Below are positions 22,347 through 34,703 of a stretch of DNA of 64,000 bases, piece by piece. Below the pieces are notes generated by a model that made no database searches, was not told where the DNA came from, and worked only from the letters and a program-made list of their open reading frames with translations. The stretch is from the NCBI GenBank assembly GCA_030390025.1, contig CM059431.1, positions 94,676,001 through 94,740,000 of the forward strand, written 5' to 3'. A program made the position numbers and the translations under genes. Source of the stretch: Squalus acanthias. Its lineage: Eukaryota. Numbering within the stretch: position 1 is the stretch's first letter; every line of letters begins with the position of its first letter.

Positions 22347-24920
22347 GGTCTTCGACCTGAAACGTTAACTCTGTTTCTCTCTCCACGGATGCTGCCTGGC
22401 CTGCTGAGTTTTTCCAGCGTTTTCTGTTGTTATTTCGGATTTCCAGCATCCGCAGTATTTTGCTATTGTACTCATTGTGTATTCTAGCCTTGCCCTGCGC
22501 CTCTAAGCATATATCACCTGCTTTGTCCCTAATAGGCCCCATCCCGCCTCTTACTACCTGCTTACTGTTTACATGCCGGTAGAAAATTTTTGGGTTCCCT
22601 TTTATATTAACCACCATTCTACTCTCATATTCTCTCTTTGCCAATCTTATTTTCATCTTCACTTCCCCTCTCAACTTATTGTATTTGGTCTGGTTCTCCC
22701 TTGAAGAATTCACCTGATATTCATCATACACCCTCTTTTTTTGTTTCATCATCTTCTCGATCTCCCTCGTCATCAAGGAGCCCTTGCTTTGGTTAGAGTT
22801 CCCTTACCCTTCCCTCTTGTTGGAATGTACTTAGCCTGTACTTGGAACATCTCCTCCTTAAAGATCACCCATTGTTCCATTACAGTTTTTCCTGTCAGTC
22901 TTTGGTTCCATTTTACCCATTGAAGTTAGCCCTATTCCAGTTTAAAAGTTCCACTCTAGGTTGTTCCTTGCTCCTCTCCGTTGCTAATCTAAATCTTATG
23001 ATACGATGATCACTCGTACCCAAGTGTTCTCCCACAGACACTTGGTCGACCTGGCCCACCTCATTCCCCAGCACCAGATCCAGCAATGCCTCCTTCCTAG
23101 TTGGGCCAAGAACATACTGGTCAAGGAAATTCTCCTGAACACATTTCAGAAATTCCTCCCCCTCCTTTCCCTTTACCCTAGCATTATCCCAATCGATATT
23201 TGGGTAATTAAAGTCCCCCAATATCACCACTCTATAGCTCTTGCATATCTCTGCGGTGTCCCTGCAGATTTGCTCCTCTACCTCCCTCTCACTATTTGGA
23301 GGCCTGTAGAATACCCCCAATAGCGTGATCATACCCTTTATGCTCCTCAACTCTAACCAAATGGATTCTGTCCTTCTCCCCTCAAGAACATCCTTCCTTT
23401 CCAACACTACAATGTCTTCCTTAATCAGCACTGCCACCCCACCCCCCTTTTTTCGTCCCTATCTTTTCTGAACATCTTGTACCCTTGAATATTAAGTGCC
23501 CAGTCCTCACAGTTTTTAAGCCATGTTTCCGAAATTGCCACAACATCATATTGCCACACGGCTAATTATGCTTGTAGCTCACCAATCTTATTCACCACAC
23601 TTTGTGCGTTTATGTACATGCATTCTAAACCTATTTTTGAATTTTTCGTAGTCTTTTTAGTCTGCTCCCATCTAATATGGTACTACTTCCGCCTCTAGTA
23701 CTACTATCTACTCTAGTACTATCCAACAAACTCACTCTTTTATGCACGTTATTCCTCTTTTCTACTCCTATATGCTGGTGCCCATCCCCCTGCCGAGCTA
23801 GTTTAAACCCTCCCCAACAGCACTAACAAACCTCCCCGCGAGAATATTGGTCCCAGCTCTGTTGAGGTGTAACCCGTCCGGCTTGTACAGGTCCCACCTT
23901 CCCCAGAAATGGTCCCAATGCCTCAGGAATCTAAAGCCCTCCCTCCTGCACCATCTCTCCAGCCATGCATTCATCTGTTCTATCCTTCTATTCCTGTACT
24001 CACTAGTACGTGGCACCGGGAGTAATCCGGAGATTACTACGTTTGAGGTCCTGCTTTTTAATCTCATTCCTATCTCCCTATATTCTGCCTGCAGGAATTC
24101 ATCCCTCTTTCTGCCTATGTCGTTGGTACCAATATGGACAACGACCTCTGGCTGTTCACCCTCCCCCCTCAGTGTCCTGCAGCCGCTCAATTACATCCTT
24201 GACCCTGGCACCAGGGAGGTAACATACCATCCTGGAGTCACGTCTGCGTCCACAGAAAAGCCTAACTGTTCCCCTAACCAATGAATCCCCTATCACTATT
24301 GCTCATCCACTCTTCTTCCTCCCCCACTGTACAGCTGAGCCACCCATGGTGCCGTGGCCTTGGCTCTGGCTGCTCTCCCCAGAGAAGCCATCACCCCCAC
24401 CAGTTTCCAGAACTGTGAACCGGTTAGCAACCGAAATGCACTCTGGGGATTCCTGCCCTACCTGCCTGGTCCTCCACCTCCGTCTGGTGGTCACCCATTC
24501 CCTCTCTGCCTGCACATTCTGAGGCTGCGTGGTGACCACTTCTAGAAATGTGCTTTCCAAGTATTTCTCAGCCTCGCGGATGCACTGTAGTGACTCCAGC
24601 TGCCGCTCAAGCTCCAAAACCCGGCGCTCGAGTTTCTGCAGTTGGCGACACTTCCTGCACACATGGTCGTCCAGGCCGCAAGAAACATCCAGGATATTCC
24701 ACATTGCGCAGGTTGTGCAAATCATGTGACTGAGCTGCCCTGCCATGCCTCTATTTACCAGACTATGGAGGTAATTTAGCTGAAATAAACTTAAAACTTA
24801 AGAAACACTCAACAGCTACCCACTAATCAGCACTTCCTTTTATTAGATAGGCTATGAACTACTTAGCAGAAATATACTCAAAACAGAACAAAAAAAAACT
24901 TACCACAAATACTCACCCTA

Positions 24921-27900
24921 TTCTTCTTGGGCAGTCCCTCGGAACCGAGGATGACTTGCTTCCACATTAAAAATGAGTTCTCAGGTGACTGATGAGTCCA
25001 ATGTGGGACCTACAGTCTCTGTCACAGGTGTGGCAGACAGACGGTGGTTGAAGGGGTGGGTGGGTGGGGTTCTTGCGTTGACGTGCGCTCCTTCCGCTGT
25101 TTACGCTTGGCTTCCGCTTGCTCCCAGCGTAGAGACTCGAGGTGTTCGGCACCTTCCTGGATGCTTCTCCTCCACTTTGTGCAGTCTTGGGCCAGGGATT
25201 CCCAGGTGTCGGTGGGGATGTTACACTTTTTCATGGAGGCTTTGAGGGTGTCCTTGAAGCGTTTCCTCTGCCCACATGGGACTCTCTTACCATGTTGGAG
25301 TTCCGAGTAGAGCACTTGTTTTGGGAGTCTCGTATCGGGCATGCGGACGATGTGACCCGTCCATCGGAGCTGATCGAGCGTGGTCAAAGCTTTGATGCTG
25401 GGGATGTTGGCCTGAGCGAGAACACCGACATTGGTGCACCTATCCTGCCAATGGATTTGCAGGATCTTGCGGAGGCAGCGTTGGTGGTACCTCGCCAGTG
25501 CTTTGAGGTGCCTGCTGTACATGGTCCATGTCTCTGAAGCATACAGCAGGGCGGGTATCACTACTGCTCTGTAGACCATGAGCTTGGTGCAGGGTTTGAG
25601 GCCCTGGTCTTCAAACACACTCTTCCTCTGGCGACCGAAAGCTGCACTGGCACACTGAAGGTGGTGTTGGACTTCATCATCGATGTCTGCCCTTGTTGAC
25701 AGTAGGCTCCCGAGGTATGGAAAGTGGTCCACGTTGTCCAAGGCCTCGTCATGGATCTTGATAATCGGGGAGCAGTACTGTGTGGTGGGGGCAGGTTGGT
25801 AGAGGACCTTTGTCTTACAGATGTTTAGCGTAAGGCCCATGCTCTCATACGCTTTGGTGAAGGTGTTGACGATGGTTTGGAGTTCGACCTCCGAGTGTGC
25901 ACAGACGCAAGCGTCGTCTGTATACTGTAATTCGATGACTGAGGTGATGGAGGTTGAACAGTTTCCCGTTAGCGCCACTCCAGCGGGGAGCTTACTGAGG
26001 GTGAGATGGAGCATTGCAGCAAGGAAGATCGAGAAGAGCGTTGGTGCGATGACACAGCCTTGCTTGACCCCGGTCCGTATGTGAATTGGGTCTGTGGTGG
26101 ATCTGTTGGTCAGGTTCACGGCTTGCATGTCATCGTGAAGCAGGCGGAGAATGGTAACAAACTTTTGAGGACAGTCGAATTTGAGGATGACACTCCATAA
26201 TCCCTCACGGTTGACAGTGTCGAAGGCCTTTATGAGGTCAAAGAAGGCCATGTACAGCGGTTGGTGCTGTTCCCTGCATTTCTCTTGTAATTGACGCGCG
26301 GTGAAGATCATGTCCATTGTGCCCCTTAGTGGGCGGAATCCGCATTGCAACTCTGAGAGGAGCTCTTCAGCCACTGGGAGAAGGCGATTGAGGAGGATTC
26401 TTGCGATGACTTTCCCTGTGGCAGACAGCAGGGAGACTCCTCTGTAATTACCGCAATCGGACTTGTCACCTTTCTTGAAGATGGTCACGATTACGGCATC
26501 TCTGAGATCCCCTGGCATACTCTCCTCCTTCCACAGAAGAGAAAAAAGTTCATGTATTTGTGCCAATAGTGCTTCTCCGCCATGCTTTAGTGCCTCGGTG
26601 GGGATTCCATCTGCTCCTGAGGCCTTGTTGTTCTTCAGTTGTCGGATGGCCTTTTCAACCTCATGCTGGGCGGGCGTTGTGCTGAGGTGGTGGCTGGTAG
26701 CATGCTGCGGGATAGAGTTGAGGACACTCGTGCCGAAGACAGAGTCTCGTTTAAGGAGATCTTCGAAGTGCTCCTTCTAGCGGGCACAGACTGCCTCTCT
26801 GTCCTTGATGAGTACCTCTCCGTTCTTGGCCCGCAGTGGGGTAGGACCTTGGGTGCTTGGGCCATGTGTGGTCTTGACTGTGCTAAAGAATGCACGCACG
26901 TCATGGTTGTCGGCTAGCTGCTAGATCTCCTGCGCTTTCTCCGACCACCATCTGTTCTTTAGTTCGCGAGGTTTTTGTTGGACCTCGGCCTTCAGGCGTC
27001 TGTAGAGCTGCTTTCTTGCTCTCGAGTTGTGTTGCTGTTTCCAGATCAGGAATGCCTTGCGTTTGCGGCTTATTAGCTCCTGGATCTCCTGGTCATTTTC
27101 GTCGACCAGTCTTGGTGTTTCCTGGTCGAGTGACCGAGTGTCTCTTCACAGGTGCACAGGGTTTGAGTGCAGACCAGGCGCTGTGGGCACTCTGTGTCTC
27201 AGAATCACTGGGAATCGCCAGGTTGGTCGTGAGGCTCAGGCTGAATAGGGCTTTCTTAGCGGGGTTTTTGAGTGCTCCAGCGTTGATTTTCCTGCGGCAT
27301 TGCTTCTGTTGCCGCCGTTGTTTTGGGGCTACGTTGATGGAGATGACAGAGCGGATTAGGCGGTAGTCTGTCCAGCAGTCATCAGCTCCTGTCATGGCAC
27401 GGGTGATGCGGACATCCTTGCAGTCCCTCACTCAGACAATGACTTAGTCCAGCAGATGCCAGTGCTTGGAGCGAGGGTGCTGCCATGAAGCCTTGTACTT
27501 GTCTCTCTGATGGAACAAGGTGTTGGTTATGACAAGGCCATGTTCTGAGCATTTCAACAGGAGAAGGGTACCGTTGGAGTTGGCTTTCCTTACCCCCTCT
27601 CTGCCGATCACACCTCCCCACAGGTCTGTGTCCTTTCCAACTCTGGCGTTAAAGTCGCCAAGGAGGATCAGCTTGTTGCCCGTTGGGACTCGGGACAGGA
27701 ATTGTTCGAGGCTGGAGTAGAATTCCTCTTTGGTCTCGTCTGTGGCTTCCAGTGTTGGGGCGTATGCACTGATGACCGTAGCGCACTGGTTCCAGGCTAG
27801 GGTGAGCCATAGAGTCAAGAGGCGTTTGTTTATTCCACAAGGGGAGTCTCTGAGACGTTCAACTAGCTCATTTTTTTATGGCAAAGCCTACCCTATGGAG

Positions 27901-28267
27901 GCGGCGTTCTTCTTCAGGTTTGCCTTTCCAGAAGAAGGTATAACCACCACCTTGCTCCTTGAGTTGGCCTTGCCCTGCCCGCAGGGTCTCGCTTAGGGCA
28001 GCGATGCCTATGTCGAAACGTTTGCGCTCCCGGGCAACGATAGCAGTACAGCGTTCCGGTCTGTCACTGTTGGGGTTGTCCATGAGGGTCCTGACGTTCC
28101 AGGTCCCGAATTTCATTTTAAAGGGTGGACGATGCCTGTGCGTGAATTCTTTTAACGTGGGGTGGCCGTTGCACACCAGCTACCACATGGGCCTGACAGC
28201 GTAAGGTCTTGGTCCAATGGCAAGGGGATCCGAGACGATTGGAGACCAGGCTCTGCTACATCGGCCT

Positions 28268-28301
<34 letters not shown>

Positions 28302-28700
28302 CCTCCTCCCTCCTTCCCGCAGGTCCTCTCTTCCTGGGTTTCATAGGCTGCAGTGTGGTCCTCCCAACCTCCCTGTTGGCCCATGCTGCACCTTCCTTGG
28401 GCCCCGACCCCGCTGCTGGTCCATGCTGTGCCACTCCTGGGCCTCGACCTCGCCGCTGGGCTCATCTTCACCCCTGGGTCCAGTCCTCGCCCCTGGGTCC
28501 CGACCTCGTTGCTCCTCCCGTTCCTGGGCCTCGAACTCGCTCCTGGGCCTCAAACACCCGATGTAGACCTGAAGCCCCGAATAAGAGCCCACAGGCCCTG
28601 TGTTTGCCCCGGTTACAGGCCCGGTTAGTGACCGCTCGGGTGAGTGGGGTCACTGGCCGCCATCTTGGGAAGCCTTGATAACCTGTGTATTACTCCAGGT
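24921..28700 (-). mobile_element. RTE-clade LINE, near full length, disrupted
   Basis: MKFGTWNVRTLMD, SAYAPT, GDFNARVG, NYRGVSLLS, QCGFRPLRGT, GVKQGCVIAPTLF, YTDD, LLYASETW, and C-terminal CHTCDRDCRSHIGLISHLRTH. 3' end (aag)n at 24921; 5' boundary approximate. Confidence 0.9.
28270..28299. repeat. (CA)n microsatellite
   Basis: Visible dinucleotide run. Confidence 0.95.
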
Positions 28701-29029
28701 CTTCACTCCCTGACTCCATCCTCCCGCTCTCTCTCCCCGGCTCCCGCTCTCTCTCCCTGGCTCCCGCTCTCTATACTCACCTCTCAGCTCCCTTGTGCCA
28801 GCAACACCTTTTGAATTCTGACGTCACTCCTTCGTTGTGTCGCTTGCCGACTGTCTCCGCCGCAGGTAGTCCGCTTGCTCAGACACCCAGGCCTCTGCTC
28901 CGCGTTGCCTTTATCCCCGGTCTCCAACTCCATTCCTCCCGCAGGTCCGCTCACTCAGACTGTACTGCTGCCTTGTGACGACACACCTTATTTTTTTGGA
29001 AATCGTGGAAGGTTCCGCCGCCGCCGCTG

Positions 29030-29184
29030 GAGACGTGCTCTTGGAAGACCCTAGGTGGGTAACTCCTCCTGCTGGGAGCCCTCCTCCTCCTCCCTCTGCG
29101 AGCATCTTGTCCTTTTCTTCACTGCCTCCACGCCATCTCCCTGTCCTCCTCGAGCGTGAGGGGGATTGGAAAAAGAGGCCCCAT
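29030..29184 (-). pseudogene. Harbinger transposase N-terminal part
   Basis: Hand translation from ATG 29184 gives MGPLFPIPLTLEEDREMAWRQ*...RRRRAPSRRSYPPRVFQEHVS. This resembles the basic RR.YP.RV(F/Y) N-terminal motif of HARBI1-like transposases. Confidence 0.62.
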
Positions 29185-30224
29185 GACTTGGAGCAAGTGG
29201 TGTGAACAGAACCCTTTAAATGAGAAGCAAGGCGTTCTTCACTTGCAGCAACACTCCCCGTCACCGCACCAACTTTAATTAACTGTAGAAAGCTCCAAAT
29301 AGTTGCACAAACTTACACAGAGCCAGTACAAATCAAAAAGCAAGTCAGCTGCAAGTTGTTGATGATCCTTTAAATAGCGCTGGTGTCGGGGTCCTTTCTT
29401 TTGCTGAATGCATTTTCAGCTGGTTGTGATTTGCAGAGGGCAATAAAAGGAGCGACATCATCGAAAATGGTAGGTCGTGCGTCAAATCAGTGTTGCATGC
29501 TGATTGACGTCATGAGCTGCCTCATTTCCGTATCTACAATGAGCGCAGGCAAGAGCAGCGGTGCCAACCTGCCCAAAATGGAAGCCACATGGGACCCGCC
29601 TGAGTGGTGGAAGCGAGGTGGCTGCCATTTTTTCATCCAAACCGGCCTTATTGGCCGGCGCAAATGGGCCCAATTTCACAGCCTTAATCTCTAACCTTAG
29701 CTCTATCGATGAATTGTAACTCAGCATCAAAGACTTACGATTGCTTGAACGCAGATGTGGTGTGGAATAAATCATTCACACAGGTGAATATCTGACTGAA
29801 CCTAGCTGACTGAATGATTCCACAGCAAAATTCATTTTTAAGGATTACATAATTCAGTTCAATTACATGACATGGCCCGCCTGTGTCAATACATTGTACA
29901 GTTAGAAAAAAAAACAGAGGGCCTAAATTGTGAGGCTCCACTCCCAGTGTGCAGCTTGGCCACACGTGAGTGTAGGTCAGTGAAAAAGCTTTAGCATACA
30001 GCGCCTATTCTCTGACTCACACCCAGTGCTAACAAGACCTTCTGTAAAGGGGGCTTAATGCGGGTATAGGGTAAAAAGAGTATATGATGTGCCTAGTGTC
30101 TAAGTAAGTTAAAGCTGGTGCGTTAATGTACTGAGTGCACAACCTAATTGACTGCTGCTTATTCTGCTGAAATGCAAGATGTACTAAATTGTGACTGCTT
30201 GCTGGACCTTGTTACCACAATGTG

Positions 30225-31228
30225 AAATGAGAAGTCGCACAACACCAGGTTATAGTCCAACAGATTTATTTAATTTTACAAGCTTTCGGAGCTGTCGCTC
30301 CTTCCTCAGGTAAGTTAGCAGTGAGAGAATCTCCCAGAATTCACAATTTAAACACAGACAAAATCTATTCAAATATTTCCCTACATCAAAGACACACTAA
30401 GAGCACAGCCAAGACAATGAGATGTGTCCCAGGGGGTCCAACATGTCAAACCACCTGCTGGCTGCATATCCTGTCAATTTGTGTTAGTCTTTTTAAAAAA
30501 AAACACCTGGGAAGACCGGCCATGATGTCAAGTCACGTTCTGTATCGTGACATGAACCCGATATCGCGATTGAGGCCATCCTCATGAGTGCTGAACTTGG
30601 CTATCAGTTTCTGCTCTATGATTTTGCGCTGTCGTGTATCCCGAAGGCCGCCCTGGAGAACGCTTACCCGCAGGTCCGAGGCTGAATGCCCCTGGCTGCT
30701 GAAGTGTTCCAGTGCTGAAGTGAAGCAGCCAGGGGCATTCAGCCTCGGATCTGCGGGTAAGCGTTCTCCAGGGCGGCCTTCGGGATACACGACAGCGCAA
30801 AATCATAGAGCAGAAACTGATAGCCAAGTTCCGCACTCATGAGGATGGCCTCAATCGCGATATCGGGTTCATGTCACGATACAGAACGTGACTTGACATC
30901 ATGGCCGGTCTTCCCAGGTGTTTTTTTTTAAAAAGACTAACACAAATTGACAGGATATGCAGCCAGCAGGTGGTTTGACATGTTGGACCCCCTGGGACAC
31001 ATCTCATTGTCTTGGCTGTGCTCTTAGTGTGTCTTTGATGTAGGGAAATATTTGAATAGATTTTGTCTGTGTTTAAATTGTGAATTCTGGGAGATTCTCT
31101 CACTGCTAACTTACCTGAGGAAGGAGCGACAGCTCCGAAAGCTTGTAAAATTAAATAAATCTGTTGGACTATAACCTGGTGTTGTGCGACTTCTCATTTT
31201 TGTCCACCCCAGTCCAACGCCGGCATCT
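30225..31228. mobile_element. Inverted duplication of the 3' end of a second Penelope family
   Basis: Arms 30225-30700 and 30724-31199 are reverse complements and encode a GIY-YIG C-terminus (EHFSSQGHSASDLRVSVLQGGL...EQKLIAKF.THEDGLNRD). Flanked by direct repeat ccacaatgtgaaatgaga. Confidence 0.9.
31113..31146 (+). ncRNA. Minimal hammerhead core (mirror copy on - strand at ~30278-30312)
   Basis: CUGAGGA - stem ggagc/gaca/gctcc - GAAAG - ctt. Confidence 0.68.
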
Positions 31229-31694
31229 CCACAATGTGAAATGAGACAGCCTTTTAATGAAACAATGGGCTTAAGATAGTGATAGGAGTGGAACAATGGC
31301 GAGACAGTTATATGATTAACGCTAAACAAGCTGGACAGCTGCATTTCTGTGAAGAACTCTCTCATTTCTGGGGGTCTTGTGAACACTAGCTCCAATTATG
31401 TTATAATAAATCAATCAGGGTTGTTTACTGAAACCAAAACAGTGTATAAAGGAGGGACACTGCAGTAACAAGTGGTAGAGTGACCAGGCAGCGATCTATG
31501 AAGACTGCCTCCACTACATGCTTCTACCCAGAGGAGGCATGGGGTAATATTGTTTTGCTACTCTCTAAATTACTGCTTAAATATTGAAATGTACTGGAAC
31601 TCTCGTGTAAAATTAAAAAAATAGTTGCAACAATTTTGTTGTCACTTCTAAATTTTTACACCTCATTCTACAGCAGTCAACCATCCAACATACA

Positions 31695-34600
31695 AAAAGA
31701 AAATACTGCAGATGCTGGAAATCTGAAATAAAAACAGAAAATGCTGGAGAAACTCAGCAGGTCAGGCAGCATCTGTGAAGAGAGAAACAGAGTTCACGTT
31801 TCAGGTCAATGACCTTTCGTCAGAACTGGAAAAAAGCAGGAAATGGAACAGATTTTTAAGCAAGTGTAGAGGCTGGGAAAGGGGGGAGGGGATGAAAGAA
31901 AAAAAATGGAAGGTCAGTGATAGGATAGAAGGCGGAAGAGGTTAAGAGACATTGAGAGATATTCAAGGCAAAAGGAGATGGTAATGGGACAGGTTCAGAA
32001 ACAAAGGATGGCCCCAGATGAAGTGTAAATTGCGCTGGCAGAATGAAGGACAGCTGCCATGTGGGGGAGAAGAAAAAAAAAGACAGAGTGTGGATAAAAA
32101 TATATATATGATAGGGGCTGAGGTTATGATCTGAAATTGTTGAACTCTATGTTGAGTCCAGAGGGCTGTAAAGTGCCTAATCGAAAGATGAGGTGCTGTT
32201 CCTCGAGCTTACACTGAGCTTCCGTGGAACAATGCAAGAGGCCGAGGACGGAGAGGTCTGAGTGGGAGTGAAGCAATGAATTAAAGTGACAGGCCACCGG
32301 GAGCTCGGGGTCCCCCTTATGGACTGAACGGAGGTGTTCCGTAAAGCGGTCACCCAATCTGTGTTTGGTCTCCCCAGTGTAGAGGAGACCACATCGTGAG
32401 CAGCGAATACAGTATACTAAATTGCAAGGAGTACAAGTAAATCGCTGTTTCACCTGGAAGGGGTGTTTGGAGCCCTGGACAGAGGGATGGGGGGAGGTAT
32501 AAGGGCATGTGTTGCATCTCCTGCGCTTGCACGGGAAGCTGCCGGGCGAAGGGGAAGGGGTGTTGAGGGTGATAGAGGAGTGGACTAGGGTGTTGCGGAG
32601 GGAGCGGTCCCTACGGAATGCTGAAAGGGGAGGTGAGGGGAAGATGCGTTTGGTGGTGGGATCACGCTGGAAATGGCGGAGGATGATCCGTTGAATGTGG
32701 AGGATGGTGGGGTGAAAGGTGAGGACAAGAGGAACTCTGTCGTGGTTCCGGGTGGGAGGGGCAGGGGTGAGGGCAGAAGTGCGAGAGATAGAATGGACAC
32801 GGTCAAGGGCCGTGTCAACCACTGTAGAGGGGAATCCTCGGTTGAGGAAAAAGGAAGACATGTCAGATGCACTAGTATGGAAGGTGGCATCGTCAGAGCA
32901 GATGCGGCGGAGACGGAGAAACTGTGAGAATGGAATAGAGTCCTTACAGGAGGCGGGGTGGGAGGAAGTGTAGTCCAGATAGCTGTGGGAGTCTATGGGC
33001 TTGTAGTGAATGTTTGTCAATAACCTATCCCCAGAGATGGAGACGGAGAAGTCGAGGAAGGGAAGGGAAGAGTCGGAGATGGACCATGTGAAGGTGAAGG
33101 AAAGGTGGAAATTGGAAGCAAAGTGAATGAAATTATCTAGTTCAGGGTGAGAGCAGGAAACGGCACCGATACAGTCATCAAAGTACCAGAAAAAGAGGTG
33201 AGGGAGGGGACCTGAGTAGGACTGGAACAAAGAGTGTTCCACATATCCCACGAAAAGGCAGGCATAGCTAGGACCCATGCGGGTACCCATAGCAACACCT
33301 TTGATTTGGAGGATGTGAGTGGAGTCAAAGGAAAAGTTGTTCAATGTGAGAACAAGTTCAGCCAGGCGGAGGAGGGTGGTGGTGGATGGGGACTGGTTGG
33401 GCCTCTGTTCAAGGAAGAAGCGGAGCGTCCTCAGACCATCCTGGTGGGGGATGGAGGTGTAGAGGGATTGTATGTCCATAGTGAAAAGGAGGCGGTAGGG
33501 GCCAGGAAACTGGAAACTGTTAAAGTGGCGGAGGGCGTCGGAAGAGTCGTGGATGTAGGTGGGAAGAGACTGGACAAGGGGAGAAAAAATAGAGTCGAGA
33601 TAGGAAGAGATAAGTTCCGTGGGGCAAGAACAGGCTGAAACGATGGGTCTACCAGGGCAGTCCTGTTTGTGGATCTTGGGAAGGAGGTAAAAGCGGCTGT
33701 GTGCCATTGGGGAACTATGAGGTTGGCGGCCGTGGGTGGAAGATCTCCAGAGGAGATGAGGTCAGTGACAGTCTTGGAAATGGTGGCTTGATATTCGGTG
33801 GTGGGGTCATGGTCCAGGCGGAGGTAGGAGGAGGTGTCGGAGAGTTGGCGTTCAACTTCCACTAGGTAGAGGTTGGTTCGCCAAACAACAACAGCACCAC
33901 CCTTGTCAGCAGGTTTAATTACAATGTCGGGGTTGGATCTGAGAGAATGGAGTGCTGCAAGTTCAGAGAGAGGTAGGTTGGAGTGAGTGAGGGGAGCAGA
34001 GAAATGGAGACGGCCGATGTCACGCCGGCAGTTTGCAATGAAAAGATCTAGAGAGGGTAAGAGGCCAGGAGGGAGGGGTCCAGGTGGAACGAGAATTCTG
34101 AAAGCGGGAGAAAGGTTCAGCCGTGCGGGGGGGAAGACTCCTGGCCAAAGAAGTGGGCACGGAGATGAAGGCAGCGGAAAAAGAGCTCAGCATCGTGCCG
34201 ACCTCGAAATTTATTGAGGTGGGGGCGTAAGGGGATGAAGCTCAGACCTATGCTGAGGACTGATCGTTTGGGGTCAGAGAGGGGAAGGTCAGAGGGGATA
34301 GTGAAAACGCAGCAGGGGTGAGGTTGGGAGAAGGGATGGGGTCAGAGGAAAGTGAGGGGGAGGAAGGGTCCGGAGGGGCGTTGGTGTCCAAGAGTTGTTG
34401 AAGCTTGCGATCCTTGACACCTGAAAGGAAGAAAAAAGGTTTTTGTTAAAGCGCCGGATGAGGCGAAGGATGAAATGGAACTGTGGAGCAGGACAGCTTT
34501 GAGATAGAATGAGTCGGTGCTGCTGAAGAGAGAGGTCGAGAGTGTTCATGTGGCATCACATGGCATTCAGCGTGGATCTCAGGATACGGCGAGAGCAGTG

Positions 34601-34703
34601 GTTCGAGGAACGCTGAATATCTTGGAGATATCTGTAGTCCTGGGTGGATCCAAAGCACGAAGGGTGGAATTTCATTTGGAATCCACGTGGAGTAAGTCGG
34701 ACC
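31695..34703 (-). mobile_element. Penelope-like element, same family as 16432-22467, 5'-truncated
   Basis: 527-aa open segment 32124-33707 with RT and GIY-YIG domains. Terminal repeat has hammerhead core ctgacga-aggtca/tgacct-gaaacg at ~31795-31823. Confidence 0.93.
32124..33707 (-). pseudogene. Penelope RT-GIY-YIG ORF segment
   Basis: LLPKIHK, GVAMGTRMGPSYA, YFDD, CKRRRCNTC, VYCIRCSRCGLLYTGETK, GLNIEF; frameshifted upstream. Confidence 0.9.

Larger units (their letters stand above)
16432..22467 (+). mobile_element. Penelope-like element (RT + GIY-YIG; Cys-rich linker suggests Neptune type), partial tandem with inverted 5' piece
   Basis: KPADKGGAVVV, LLPKIHK, GVAMGT.MGPSYA, RYIDD, CKYRRCNTC, VYCIRCSRCGLLYIGETKR. 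Direct terminal repeats ~16561-17178 and ~19740-22467; inverted copy 16432-16550; TSD gtactcattg(a/t)gtat at 16417-16431 / 22468-22482. Confidence 0.92.
15487..29027 (-). mobile_element. CR1-clade LINE, originally near full length; 3' end deleted; interrupted by Penelope (16432-22467) and RTE (~24921-28700)
   Basis: RT 15594-16310 ([25 protein letters not shown]) and EN 22913-23437 (YRPP, GDFNYP, SDH). ORF1 SGNH esterase 23798-24300 (HIGTND, DGLHL) and ORF1 zinc finger/coiled coil 24303-24746 (CTTC..CRKC, LERRVLELERQL). GC-rich 5' UTR extends to ~29027. Confidence 0.88.
13092..29684. mobile_element. PIF/Harbinger DNA transposon, split by nested insertions (15487-29027)
   Basis: Degenerate TIRs gggccttagaaattgg / ccaatttcacagcct flanked by cta / taa. 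Convergent Myb/SANT gene (+) and transposase (-), with the transposase N-terminus at 29184-29030 and C-terminus at 15486-15130. Confidence 0.72.
30043..31660 (+). mobile_element. Probable solo LTR (~600 bp) interrupted by the Penelope palindrome
   Basis: tgtaaa...tttaca ends, flanks cttc/cctc, tataaa at ~31445 and attaaa at ~31611. Confidence 0.45.
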
